A stretch of 64,000 nt of DNA from a virus (taxonomy: Duplodnaviria > Caudoviricetes): the IMG/VR virus record IMGVR_UViG_3300037067_019009, positions 96,001-160,000 of that record; one strand, written 5' to 3'. Position 1 is the stretch's first letter. Every line of letters starts with the position of its first letter. Both the position numbers and the translations under genes were made by a program. Under the pieces are notes generated by a model. It made no database searches. It saw only the letters and a program-made list of their open reading frames with translations, and was not told the origin of the DNA. Of this stretch, positions 8,472-16,813 are shown one piece after another.

Positions 8472-10142
8472 TTATATGTTTCCCAAAGCGAATTGGGAAA
8501 TAAGATTTGGAGTAGCGGTATCAAACCCCACCAAATCTAGCATCCCAGAGTCATCCGGGTCTGCGATAGAGAACCCATTGCTTACCATCCCTACCACTAC
8601 GGATCTGGCGTTAGGGTTGATCTTCTTCCGGTACTCAGCGAGAGCCTGGGTGGGATGAATCTTTCCAGCCCAAGTCTCGCTATCCGTGTACACAACGAAT
8701 AAATCTATATTTAGATTGTTCTTTAATGCGTATAAAATAGGCAAAGAGCAATCTGTGCCACCGGCATCCAGTCCCTCTATATATTGGCATACGTCGCTTA
8801 TCCGTTGCTTACTACTGATATCAAGAGCAGAGACACTAGGAATACGACGATTAGTAGAGTCGGCTGTAAAACCTGTCACGACGACGTTCTTCTCAACAGC
8901 CTGGGTAACTAAAGCCATCGCAGCAGAACCAACTCTTGGAGTCAGTCCTGGGCAACCAGCAATGTTCACCCAAGTCATCGACGCAGATAAATCAAGAGCC
9001 AGCATTATATTTTTTCCGGTTGGCTCAACGTTTCCAAATGCAGTGTAGAATGCTCTATTGAGCGCGTCCACTACCTGTGTTACTGGCGTCCAGCTCCCAC
9101 TGCCCCTTACTCCCATCCCTGATCCGTATGTCAGAAGCGCCTTGAGTACATCTATAGGATGGACTCTACTCTTCCTGATCATCTCAACATCTGATAGCTT
9201 ATCTACCACGAAGTTGATAATGTCGAACTTCCCTGGAGCTAATAACCCACTCTTACTAAAGTTGCCCAGGTTCCTGAGTATTGCATGAAAAGGCATCTCC
9301 TGCAACAACTCCAGCTGCACATCCGGATCGCTCTTGAACTGAGAAGGTATGCACTCATGTGGAAGATTATAATCCTTAATTAAAGATATTATACCTTTCT
9401 TCCCGTCTTCAGTTTTAGCTTGCTCGAACGCGTAAATTATCTTAGCTGGAGTACCAGCAAACGTTTTTGCATCCAAGCCCTCGCGCACAACCCCGCGCTT
9501 CTTGTCTTCCCATCCATTAGTGCCATGTGTACACCACTGAAGGATGTTAGAGAAGAGATCGGAGTCCGCTTTAACATGAGATAGCCTGAGCAAATCTCTA
9601 TGGCTCCACCCATCACGCTGCTGGTACTTAGTAACTTGCAGTGACAAGGCACCGGCCGACTTACCTAAGTACCAATCCGCAACAGCGTTCTTCAGTAGGC
9701 GCCCCCATCCGCGAAGGTTAGTAACGTATTCAGCGAAGTGGAATAAGTGAGTTCCGATCCTGCAGACTTGGGGCAAAGCCGCAGCAGCTGCTTTCTTTGT
9801 TTCCACATCTCCAAAACTCATACACGCGGCGAGGGCGAAGATACAAGGGTCATTCTTTGGCGCTCGTCCAGCCTGAGAGATATCGACTATCTCTTTAACC
9901 AACTCGACGCCACTTGCCCTAATTACATTCTCCATAGCAGCAAAACTCTTCAGAGTCATATCTTTCTCTGTAGCATAATAGCTGCCACCCTCAGTGCCGA
10001 GGATCAAGAACCTCTTCACCTTCATCCACTCACTCACTTCGAATGAGTATCCCCCTGCCTGATTCTCCACCATCGACTTACCTGGAATAGGCTGGGTTTG
10101 CGGAGTTTTCTTTACAGACACATGCTTACTGTAGTTAGTCAT
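8472..10142 (-). CDS. rsr: Ro60/Rsr TROVE-domain RNA-binding protein with C-terminal vWA domain
   Basis: NQAGGYSF, RFLILGTEGGSYY, VCRIGTHLFHF, GWGR, KYQQRDGWSHRDLLRLSH, MIDAS DLSASM, GGTDCSLP, YTDSETW, GFD motifs. Confidence 0.95.
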   Translation of the reverse strand: MTNYSKHVSVKKTPQTQPIPGKSMVENQAGGYSFEVSEWMKVKRFLILGTEGGSYYATEKDMTLKSFAAMENVIRASGVELVKEIVDISQAGRAPKNDPCIFALAACMSFGDVETKKAAAAALPQVCRIGTHLFHFAEYVTNLRGWGRLLKNAVADWYLGKSAGALSLQVTKYQQRDGWSHRDLLRLSHVKADSDLFSNILQWCTHGTNGWEDKKRGVVREGLDAKTFAGTPAKIIYAFEQAKTEDGKKGIISLIKDYNLPHECIPSQFKSDPDVQLELLQEMPFHAILRNLGNFSKSGLLAPGKFDIINFVVDKLSDVEMIRKSRVHPIDVLKALLTYGSGMGVRGSGSWTPVTQVVDALNRAFYTAFGNVEPTGKNIMLALDLSASMTWVNIAGCPGLTPRVGSAAMALVTQAVEKNVVVTGFTADSTNRRIPSVSALDISSKQRISDVCQYIEGLDAGGTDCSLPILYALKNNLNIDLFVVYTDSETWAGKIHPTQALAEYRKKINPNARSVVVGMVSNGFSIADPDDSGMLDLVGFDTATPNLISQFALGNI

Positions 10143-10188
10143 TTGCTTTTGGTTCCTCTGGTCCTAGTCAGGACAAATCATTTGTAGT

Positions 10189-10325
10189 TGGGTGGTGGTG
10201 GGACTCGAACCCACACGTCCTTTCGGACAGCTGTTGCTGATAACCCTAACTGTCGGCTCTTAATAGAGAGCTAGTATTCGCTAGGATGTATATACGGCCG
10301 CGTCTGCCATTACGCCACACCACCC
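10189..10325 (-). ncRNA. tRNA-Leu-like body carrying a circularly permuted Y-RNA (Ro-binding) module in place of the anticodon loop
   Basis: Acceptor GGTGGTG/CACCACC, D arm GCG-TAATGGCAGA-CGC, long variable arm GTCC-GAAA-GGAC, T arm GTGGG-TTCGAGT-CCCAC; 59-nt insert (10235-10293) with CCTAGC..GCTCT-CTATTA-AGAGCCGA..GTTAGG-GTTATC. Confidence 0.8.
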
Positions 10326-10350
10326 GTATTTGAAACACGGATACATATAG

Positions 10351-10426
10351 AATATGCTGAGCAAGTAAGATAGCTATGGGGGTGATCATTGGCAGTGATA
10401 ACCATAGCCAATCGGCTCAGCATATT
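10351..10426 (-). ncRNA. Y RNA-like (copy 3 in transcription order)
   Basis: Lower stem GCTGAGC-(bulged C)-GA / TTGCTCAGC, upper stem TGGCTATGG/CCATAGCTA, GGTTATC motif. Confidence 0.85.
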
Positions 10427-10437
10427 ACTAATAGTTC

Positions 10438-10500
10438 TGCCGGACAAGTAGATTGGTGACGATGTTGTCCTTATGATAACCGTCACCATTCGGCCCGGCA
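10438..10500 (-). ncRNA. Y RNA-like (copy 2)
   Basis: Lower stem TGCCGGGC-(C)-GA / TTGTCCGGCA, upper stem TGGTGACGGT/ATCGTCACCA, GGTTATC motif. Confidence 0.85.
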
Positions 10501-10506
10501 CATATC

Positions 10507-10579
10507 TTCCACCGAACAAACAAATTGGTCATGGAGCGATCAGTACAAGTGATAACCATGACCTAACGGCTCGGCGGAA
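10507..10579 (-). ncRNA. Y RNA-like (copy 1)
   Basis: Lower stem TTCCGCCGAGC-(C)-G / TGTTCGGTGGAA, upper stem GGTCATGG/CCATGACC, GGTTATC motif. Confidence 0.8.
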
Positions 10580-10590
10580 CAACCTAAACA

Positions 10591-10619
10591 ATTATATGTT
10601 ATTTATGTTTACTTGTCAA
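10591..10619 (-). promoter_or_regulatory. consensus sigma70 promoter for the Y-RNA array and Ro60
   Basis: TTGACA-17 bp-TATAAT on the minus strand, just upstream of the first Y-like hairpin. Confidence 0.9.
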
Positions 10620-10635
10620 GAGCGATTTATTTATG

Positions 10636-10912
10636 ATTTGGTAGTGGGCTGGATTCCCCACTCAGCTCCTACACAGCTTTTTCGACATCTCACTAGAGTT
10701 ATACTCACTAGATTATAATCCCAGCACAATGCCTCTCACGAACTTCGATACTGTATTAGTGATATACAGTTACGTTCTCCGCTGCACTTTTTGCGGCAGG
10801 TAATAGGGATACTTTTGGGCTCTTCACTCAAGAGGCAGGCCCAGTGTATCTAATACCCCATCTCCGACACCATTCTGCCTTACCTAGCGCTGCCACGCTA
10901 CCACTACCAAAT
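10636..10912 (-). ncRNA. candidate ~277-nt structured ncRNA
   Basis: 12-bp terminal inverted repeat ATTTGGTAGTGG/CCACTACCAAAT enclosing several hairpins (TAGCG..CGCTA, ACTGTAT..ATACAGT, GGGC..GCCC); no convincing ORF. Confidence 0.5.
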
Positions 10913-10990
10913 ACTTATAAACTGGCTCATAGCGCCTTTCTTTACCTGCACCATCTAGGTATAGATCGGTTACACATGTAACCGCTTATC

Positions 10991-11311
10991 TTATTCAGGT
11001 GGAAAATCCATGTCATTCATCTGCTCGACGGTCCATCCAGGCTCCAAAAGTATTTTTTTGGAGTCCCGATCATTTTGTGGGGGAATTATAAGCAGCCTTC
11101 TGCCACCAGACTGAACAATATTTATTGTTTTCCTCGAAATAGTGTGCAACTGATACAGTATCTTACCCTGTTCATCACGCACTATGGTATACTCATCCGG
11201 GTAAACACTAAAGTGCATTTTATTAAAAAGCATCGTTCGAGAGACTACTAACACACCTATCGAAAAGGCAACTAACCCAATCACACTCATCACTTTAATT
11301 ATAGTCTGCAC
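10991..11311 (-). CDS. hypothetical membrane-anchored protein
   Basis: N-terminal TM helix, GAGG RBS. Confidence 0.6.
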   Translation of the reverse strand: MQTIIKVMSVIGLVAFSIGVLVVSRTMLFNKMHFSVYPDEYTIVRDEQGKILYQLHTISRKTINIVQSGGRRLLIIPPQNDRDSKKILLEPGWTVEQMNDMDFPPE

Positions 11312-11368
11312 AACCTCATCCTCCTAACTTCGTATATTAGATAATACCTGCACCCCGCAAAGGTAAAA

Positions 11369-11581
11369 TTACTGCCGTATGCAGCCCTGCCAGTAAGCCT
11401 GCCCAGAAAACGCCACCACTGCGCTTACAGCGAGCAGCGTGCATAAAACTACCACAATTATATCTATTATCATGCACGCAAAAAGCCTCTTCTTTATATC
11501 CCTATACACTTCTCTGGAACTGTGGATAAAGCCTAAAACAGGAAGCATTACCATTGCCACATGTATCCAAACAATAGCCAA
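11369..11581 (-). CDS. small 2-TM hypothetical protein
   Basis: Two hydrophobic segments; AGGAGG RBS. Confidence 0.5.
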   Translation of the reverse strand: MAIVWIHVAMVMLPVLGFIHSSREVYRDIKKRLFACMIIDIIVVVLCTLLAVSAVVAFSGQAYWQGCIRQ

Positions 11582-11583
11582 TC

Positions 11584-12027
11584 TTACTTCCTCCTTCCTT
11601 CAAGAAAACTATTCGAGAGATATGGATTCTTATTTAACCAAGCTTTTAACCTTATTATAGAGTGTGTACTGAGCTTCACACCAAATTCACTATGGCCATA
11701 GACATCTATGAAGCTCGTGTACCAGTCACTACCTAACCTGCTAAACCGCAAACGATTGTTGTTGGCATCCTTGATTTCCACATATGACACCTCACTATCT
11801 ACCTGCGTTTCAGTACCCTCCATTGCGTTATGCTCTCTCGAAATCTCCCCAGCCAGGTTTCTATTACTAGCTCTTGGCCGGGAAATTACTATGAGATAAA
11901 TCCACCAGTTAGCAATCAGAGCCAGCAAAAGCACCACTCTGAGAGTATTACTATCCGCATCACTGAGAGTCCCGAGAAGAACCGTAGAGGATAAGAACAT
12001 GAATGCCGTTACTATATATTTAAACAT
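11584..12027 (-). CDS. hypothetical membrane protein
   Basis: Two N-terminal TM helices. Confidence 0.6.
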   Translation of the reverse strand: MFKYIVTAFMFLSSTVLLGTLSDADSNTLRVVLLLALIANWWIYLIVISRPRASNRNLAGEISREHNAMEGTETQVDSEVSYVEIKDANNNRLRFSRLGSDWYTSFIDVYGHSEFGVKLSTHSIIRLKAWLNKNPYLSNSFLEGRRK

Positions 12028-12143
12028 ACTCTTTTTCTTCCTACCTTAGCGGTTCTACTTTAACGAAGTAACACCATTTTTCACCACGCATCAAATCTGA
12101 GCATTCACGACACGGCAATTGACTGCACAAAGCATATGCGTGC

Positions 12144-12785
12144 TTACAATCTGTGCATTTGTGCATACCCCTCGCCGTGCGCCTTATGCTTCTCATATCC
12201 CTCATTCATTACCTTGTTCTCCTTTGCAGCAGATTTGGCTGTGTCAACAGGTTCCTCCGCCATCGTAATGACGGGCATATCCCTCCCTATTAATATCGTC
12301 AAGTCTTTCAATTTTACAGGTGTATTGATAGGCTCATCTCCATCTCGGTCAAAGTGAACAGATGCATTCTCGGTCTGTATACAAACACCTACAACTGTTC
12401 CCTTCCCCCAAGTGGAATGTTTAACTCGATCACCTTTCCTGGCTGCAGCAGGAACATCCTCGATACTTAGTTGCTTTTTAGCTGGCTCCCAGCAGTGGTA
12501 TAGAGTTCCTGGGTCTATTGTTTGTTCCAACTCAATTCCATCAACACCGCCACACTTTTCGAAATTTACACAAGAGATACAACTCCTTGTTTCCATTTCT
12601 GCTAGCGTAGCTGCCTCGTTCCAGAATGCCTGTTTCTTGCCGATCATGCTACGGAGCGCATCCAAAGCTCTCTCTTCGGTACTACCAGCCGCACCCCTCA
12701 CAGAAACATCCATATCGTTTTCCAAACAGGCGACATACTTATCTTCCTTCGATCCCTGACTACATTTATAAACTATAACTCTCAC
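12144..12785 (-). CDS. hypothetical protein with SH3-like (UvrD C-terminal/CarD-like) beta-barrel
   Basis: GDRVKHSTWGKGTVVGV motif; CxxC cluster. Confidence 0.55.
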   Translation of the reverse strand: MRVIVYKCSQGSKEDKYVACLENDMDVSVRGAAGSTEERALDALRSMIGKKQAFWNEAATLAEMETRSCISCVNFEKCGGVDGIELEQTIDPGTLYHCWEPAKKQLSIEDVPAAARKGDRVKHSTWGKGTVVGVCIQTENASVHFDRDGDEPINTPVKLKDLTILIGRDMPVITMAEEPVDTAKSAAKENKVMNEGYEKHKAHGEGYAQMHRL

Positions 12786-12789
12786 AGCA

Positions 12790-13017
12790 CTATCCCTTCA
12801 ACGCCACCAGCTCCCTGGATGCATTCTTGGCACAACGTTTACAAAGACTACTTGCATCTACTTCACTAGCTTCATCGATAGATCCATCGAGAATCTTACC
12901 GCATTTGAGCCAGTAGCCATTAAGCGACCGCCTCGCAGGCACATGCCACCTAGCACAGTTATCATTCCGTACAAACCCATGGGGGTGTGTTATTCTTGAA
13001 GTCTGATTGCTTTCCAC
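12790..13017 (-). CDS. small Zn-finger-like protein
   Basis: H...CG...CKRC; AGGAG RBS. Confidence 0.5.
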   Translation of the reverse strand: MESNQTSRITHPHGFVRNDNCARWHVPARRSLNGYWLKCGKILDGSIDEASEVDASSLCKRCAKNASRELVALKG

Positions 13018-13212
13018 CTTCGCACTCCTTATTTTCTCTTAACATACATATCTAAGAAGTCATAGGCCCACCTTAGTGCAATTATAGTTATTACACAGGC
13101 CACTTTGGAACCACTTGATACCTCACCCCAGACTGCTATGAGGACGAGAGTAAGAACAGAAACTATATAGTTTATTCGATACATCACGTTCTTTCCTTCC
13201 ACGATAGTAGGA

Positions 13213-13488
13213 TTAGCATCTCCAAATTGGTAATTGTAGTATATTACCTAGAGTGTTTTTAATTGTCTCATCAGTCACGTCAACCCCAGATGCGTCAAGA
13301 ATTGTGAGTTCCAGCCCATCTTTTCCCCCTAGGATAGTATACTGATGCTCCGACTTAGGAACAAAAGTCTCTGGAACTGCAATCAAACCGACAATCGCAA
13401 AGAGCTTTCTACCATCATTGGTCGGGGCTTCCCCGTATTCCCTGAAAAATACTTGTCCGGTGACTCTATCTTTCAACAATTTCATCAT
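13213..13488 (-). CDS. hypothetical protein
   Basis: ORF in the co-oriented gene run, with RBS. Confidence 0.55.
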   Translation of the reverse strand: MMKLLKDRVTGQVFFREYGEAPTNDGRKLFAIVGLIAVPETFVPKSEHQYTILGGKDGLELTILDASGVDVTDETIKNTLGNILQLPIWRC

Positions 13489-13527
13489 CTTTCTCCTATG
13501 AAAGCCCGTATTACTGGTAGTCCAAGC

Positions 13528-13899
13528 TTAACTTCCAGAATCGTGAGCATTTCTCACCCTCCAAGTATCTTCTCCAAAGGAACCAGGAATCTTATTAAAC
13601 TCATAGCTCCTTCCTACCTGCAGACCTTCCCAGAGTCCCCAATCACTGTTGTAGAACCTCAGAGTCTGCGTACTATTTTTAGAACTTATAGAAACTAAGA
13701 ATACCTTCCTAGTGCCAAGGTCGCTTTCAAAGGACGTAGTTTTACTAACAACCGTGCCTGTTATCCAAGTGGAATACTTCTTGTCGGCGACCGCACAGAA
13801 CATAATAAATACAACTAAAGCAGCCATGATCATATATGTGGTAGGTACCTCAGCGATCTGCTTGTGCAGGAACTTCAGAACGGATCCCAAATACTTCAT
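13528..13899 (-). CDS. membrane-anchored OB-fold-like hypothetical protein
   Basis: TM helix followed by a beta-rich domain (ITGTVVSK...LQVGRSYEF). Confidence 0.55.
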   Translation of the reverse strand: MKYLGSVLKFLHKQIAEVPTTYMIMAALVVFIMFCAVADKKYSTWITGTVVSKTTSFESDLGTRKVFLVSISSKNSTQTLRFYNSDWGLWEGLQVGRSYEFNKIPGSFGEDTWRVRNAHDSGS

Positions 13900-14369
13900 C
13901 TTCTATCAAATAACCTTTCATACGGAAACAATAAAATAAACCCAACGATATAAGAACCAACCGACCACAGCGAAAGGCTCGGATACTTATCTGAAGGAAA
14001 GAATGATAGAATAACACCAGCTATGATAGACAAAACGGAAAGCAGGCACACTCCTTTTTCTATAAGGGGAAGGTCCGCATACTTTAGGCTATGCCAGAAC
14101 ACATCAACAAAACTGTAGTACTTAAAGTCGTACCAAAACACATCAACAAAACTGTAGTACTTACTACGGAACCAACCAACCTTCGGATAGCCTTCAGCAT
14201 GGAAGAACTTCTTAAGTTCGTAATATAAACGAACTCTTCCCTCTTCTGGAATAGCTGACGCCTCAGTAACACCGTGCAACTTCAGGTGACGCTGCAAAAT
14301 GCGAACAGCTCCACCAGCTATAGGCTGCCGTACTTTCAGTGCTCTCCCCTTCGCAAGAATACTTTGCAT
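13896..14369 (-). CDS. hypothetical membrane protein with internal 13-aa duplication
   Basis: KYYSFVDVFW occurs twice; two C-terminal TM helices. Confidence 0.6.
   Translation of the reverse strand: MQSILAKGRALKVRQPIAGGAVRILQRHLKLHGVTEASAIPEEGRVRLYYELKKFFHAEGYPKVGWFRSKYYSFVDVFWYDFKYYSFVDVFWHSLKYADLPLIEKGVCLLSVLSIIAGVILSFFPSDKYPSLSLWSVGSYIVGFILLFPYERLFDRR
14094..14163. repeat. in-frame 39-bp tandem duplication
   Basis: CCA(G/A)AACACATCAACAAAACTGTAGTACTTA at 14094 and 14133. Confidence 0.9.
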
Positions 14370-14373
14370 AAAC

Positions 14374-14646
14374 CTACTCCGTAGCTAACGACATATCTGT
14401 AGCAAGTTCCACTTTTTGCTCAGGACACAGCGTTACTGGCCTTAGCTGTCTTCCCTGTAGTTTCGACTCGAATTCCAAATGCCTATCAACGAGAAAGGCA
14501 AGCTTATCTGCCTTCTCCACTACCTTACCATAGTCCTCAGAAACGGGGATAGGAAAATCATCTGTCTTTATAGGAAGACCAGTCACCCATTCTACAGTAT
14601 TAGTTGCAGCAATAGTTCCCATAATTTCACCTCCCTGGCTCAACAT
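14374..14646 (-). CDS. hypothetical protein
   Basis: ORF; GGAGG RBS precedes an internal ATG, the likely true start. Confidence 0.5.
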   Translation of the reverse strand: MLSQGGEIMGTIAATNTVEWVTGLPIKTDDFPIPVSEDYGKVVEKADKLAFLVDRHLEFESKLQGRQLRPVTLCPEQKVELATDMSLATE

Positions 14647-14676
14647 ATCACACTCAAACCCCCCCCACCATAACTT

Positions 14677-15141
14677 TTATTGGTAGTTAGATGTTTGAAT
14701 AATCCCAAACTTATGGAAATATCTAAGCGGCCTCCACTTATGACCATTTACATAGAACCCCCACTTATGATAAGGCCTACCACAGAATATCACAGTCCAT
14801 GCTCCCTCCTTTGGAATGTCCAAGTAGTGAAGGTCGGTTGCCTTCATTCTACGCGGCTTCCAGGTGGTAGCCTCGAATGTACCATTAGGAGTCACATTTT
14901 TATAGTGCCCCCTGATAATTACAGATAGTAAATCGCAGGAATGGTCATGAAAGAATCTTCTGTCATCACTTTTTATCCAGTGATGTAGTCTTATTGAGAA
15001 ACCAAACAGAACCAGAGTCCACCTTATAAGATATGGACACTCCGAGTAACCGAGCCTCTCGGCCCAACGGATCTGGAAGATCTTGCCAAAAGATTTTGTA
15101 TTAGAACTCCCAGTAGACATGGTACTCCTACTCCTCTTCAT
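14677..15141 (-). CDS. cupin-like phage protein
   Basis: RLHHW..SDDRRFFHDH..S....G.Y, H.L, AWTV, WGF pattern. Confidence 0.6.
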   Translation of the reverse strand: MKRSRSTMSTGSSNTKSFGKIFQIRWAERLGYSECPYLIRWTLVLFGFSIRLHHWIKSDDRRFFHDHSCDLLSVIIRGHYKNVTPNGTFEATTWKPRRMKATDLHYLDIPKEGAWTVIFCGRPYHKWGFYVNGHKWRPLRYFHKFGIIQTSNYQ

Positions 15142-15218
15142 CTAGGAAACAAAGTGGGAACTGAAGAGAGTTGTAGCACGGATCATCGATTCCAAAGGAG
15201 ATCTACCCTCTGGAATAG

Positions 15219-15295
15219 TCGGCGGGTAAGGATTTGAACCCCAGTCCTCCTACTAGTACATTACTGTAGACACTCTACCACTGAGCTACCCGCCG
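15219..15295 (-). tRNA. tRNA-like RNA with 12-nt anticodon loop (no assignable anticodon)
   Basis: CGGCGGG/CCCGCCG acceptor, TAGCTCAGTGGTAGAGT D arm, TCTAC-AGTAATGTACTA-GTAGG, TGGGG-TTCAAAT-CCTTA T arm. Confidence 0.75.
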
Positions 15296-15336
15296 GTGTT
15301 TAAACTGCCCCTACTCATATGCTCCCCATAAAACCT

Positions 15337-15615
15337 TCAGCTCTTAACGGCGGCGTAATTTCCCACCTTTACCCAGAAGGGAACCATTTTCCTGAAGCCC
15401 CCAGTTTGAAGCTTGCACGGTATAAACACACAATACGCAGTGCTGCTACTGACTCCGACACTTATGATCTTCGTGCCGGGATATCCAAGCACCATCGTGT
15501 CACTTACTTCAATGATCTTTACAAGCTCGCAGTCTTGCTTAAGTAGCAACCTTCTTATCGCTACTTCTACTTTTGTGATCCACATTGCTAATTTCATTTT
15601 ATTTGTCCTTTTCAT
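15337..15615 (-). CDS. hypothetical protein
   Basis: ORF co-oriented with neighbours. Confidence 0.45.
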   Translation of the reverse strand: MKRTNKMKLAMWITKVEVAIRRLLLKQDCELVKIIEVSDTMVLGYPGTKIISVGVSSSTAYCVFIPCKLQTGGFRKMVPFWVKVGNYAAVKS

Positions 15616-15756
15616 TATAGGCCGTACTTGTCGTAATATGCCCGCAAAAGAAAAACTTATAGTAGACTCCTACCTTCAAATCGATAAACCTTCGTCTTGG
15701 CATAGCACTTCAACCCTTTTTGTAAATCATATCCCTATAGCCTTTACTTAGCTTTC

Positions 15757-15984
15757 CTACTTTAACTTTTCCATGTGTTTATCCGCAATGACTTGAGGAT
15801 AATTACTAGACACGCTTATGGTTCTATTACATACTCCAACTCGGAGTCTGCCTTCTACAAAAGCATCCATGAATGATTTCTCGAATTCGTTCTCGGGTAT
15901 AATATTTATAAAAGCCGCTGTGGGATCAACTAGATTTTGCGAAAAGGTAACTTTCACTATATATTCCTTCTTACTTCTTACCAC
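15757..15984 (-). CDS. hypothetical protein
   Basis: ORF overlapping the upstream ORF, GGAG RBS. Confidence 0.5.
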   Translation of the reverse strand: MVRSKKEYIVKVTFSQNLVDPTAAFINIIPENEFEKSFMDAFVEGRLRVGVCNRTISVSSNYPQVIADKHMEKLK

Positions 15985-16177
15985 TCCAACTTATTTCCCA
16001 CTGAACTTTAAACCAAGTCCAGGGCTTATACCAACAACATCTACCAACTCTCCTAGCAGACACAGCTATAAACCTCGGGGAGGGTACGCCATCCTTCGGG
16101 CAGACTACAGGAACATTACCTCGACTAAAAACCGTCTTACATTGTGGACATTGCTCACAAAACTCGAACTTCCCCAT
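15971..16177 (-). CDS. small Cys-rich hypothetical protein
   Basis: CPQC; C-terminal WYKPWTWF. Confidence 0.5.
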   Translation of the reverse strand: MGKFEFCEQCPQCKTVFSRGNVPVVCPKDGVPSPRFIAVSARRVGRCCWYKPWTWFKVQWEISWSGKK

Positions 16178-16813
16178 GGTTGTGCCCCTCAGCGAGTTAT
16201 ATAATTATACGTACACGCTCTAGTTATAGAATAAGTATTGTAGATTTTGTCCTGCTACACGACATATACAGTGATGTCATCCGAATGCTGCCCCGCTGCT
16301 GCTGGTCGTTGACTACAAAAGTAGTAGGATATCCTCCCACAACTCATCAGCATCTAGTTCCCCTGTGTTCGGTTGACAGGACAAATATAAAGACAAGACA
16401 ACAAGCTATCTTGAAGGATATATTCTCGGGAGTTACATGCAAAGTAAACCCAATCCTCAACATGCTTACCCACAGGGGTGTTTCCATATTGGGAATGTCA
16501 AGATAACTACTCTACCCACAACCTTGCTCTACTGCCTTGCCTATTGATCCACCAGGAGATCATCCCTTGCAGTATCAATCTCTACTACTAGGCTACTAGA
16601 CCATTATTCTGCCACCGCAGAAAAATTAGCAATAAATAGAACAAAGACGACCAGTAGAATCTCACTGGTACCATAGTTTCCATCACAGGCGGTGGTAATA
16701 CAAGCTATAGCGGAGCCAAGGGCTCCTACTAAATCTATAATAGCAACAACTGATTTCATAACATCATACCTTCCATTCATCTAATAGAATAGACTAGCTA
16801 TAAATATAAGCCA

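Noticed and set aside
10351-10579. CRISPR-like array of repeats
   Set aside because: The units share structure and short motifs, not identical repeats with unique spacers. There are no cas genes and Ro60 is adjacent.
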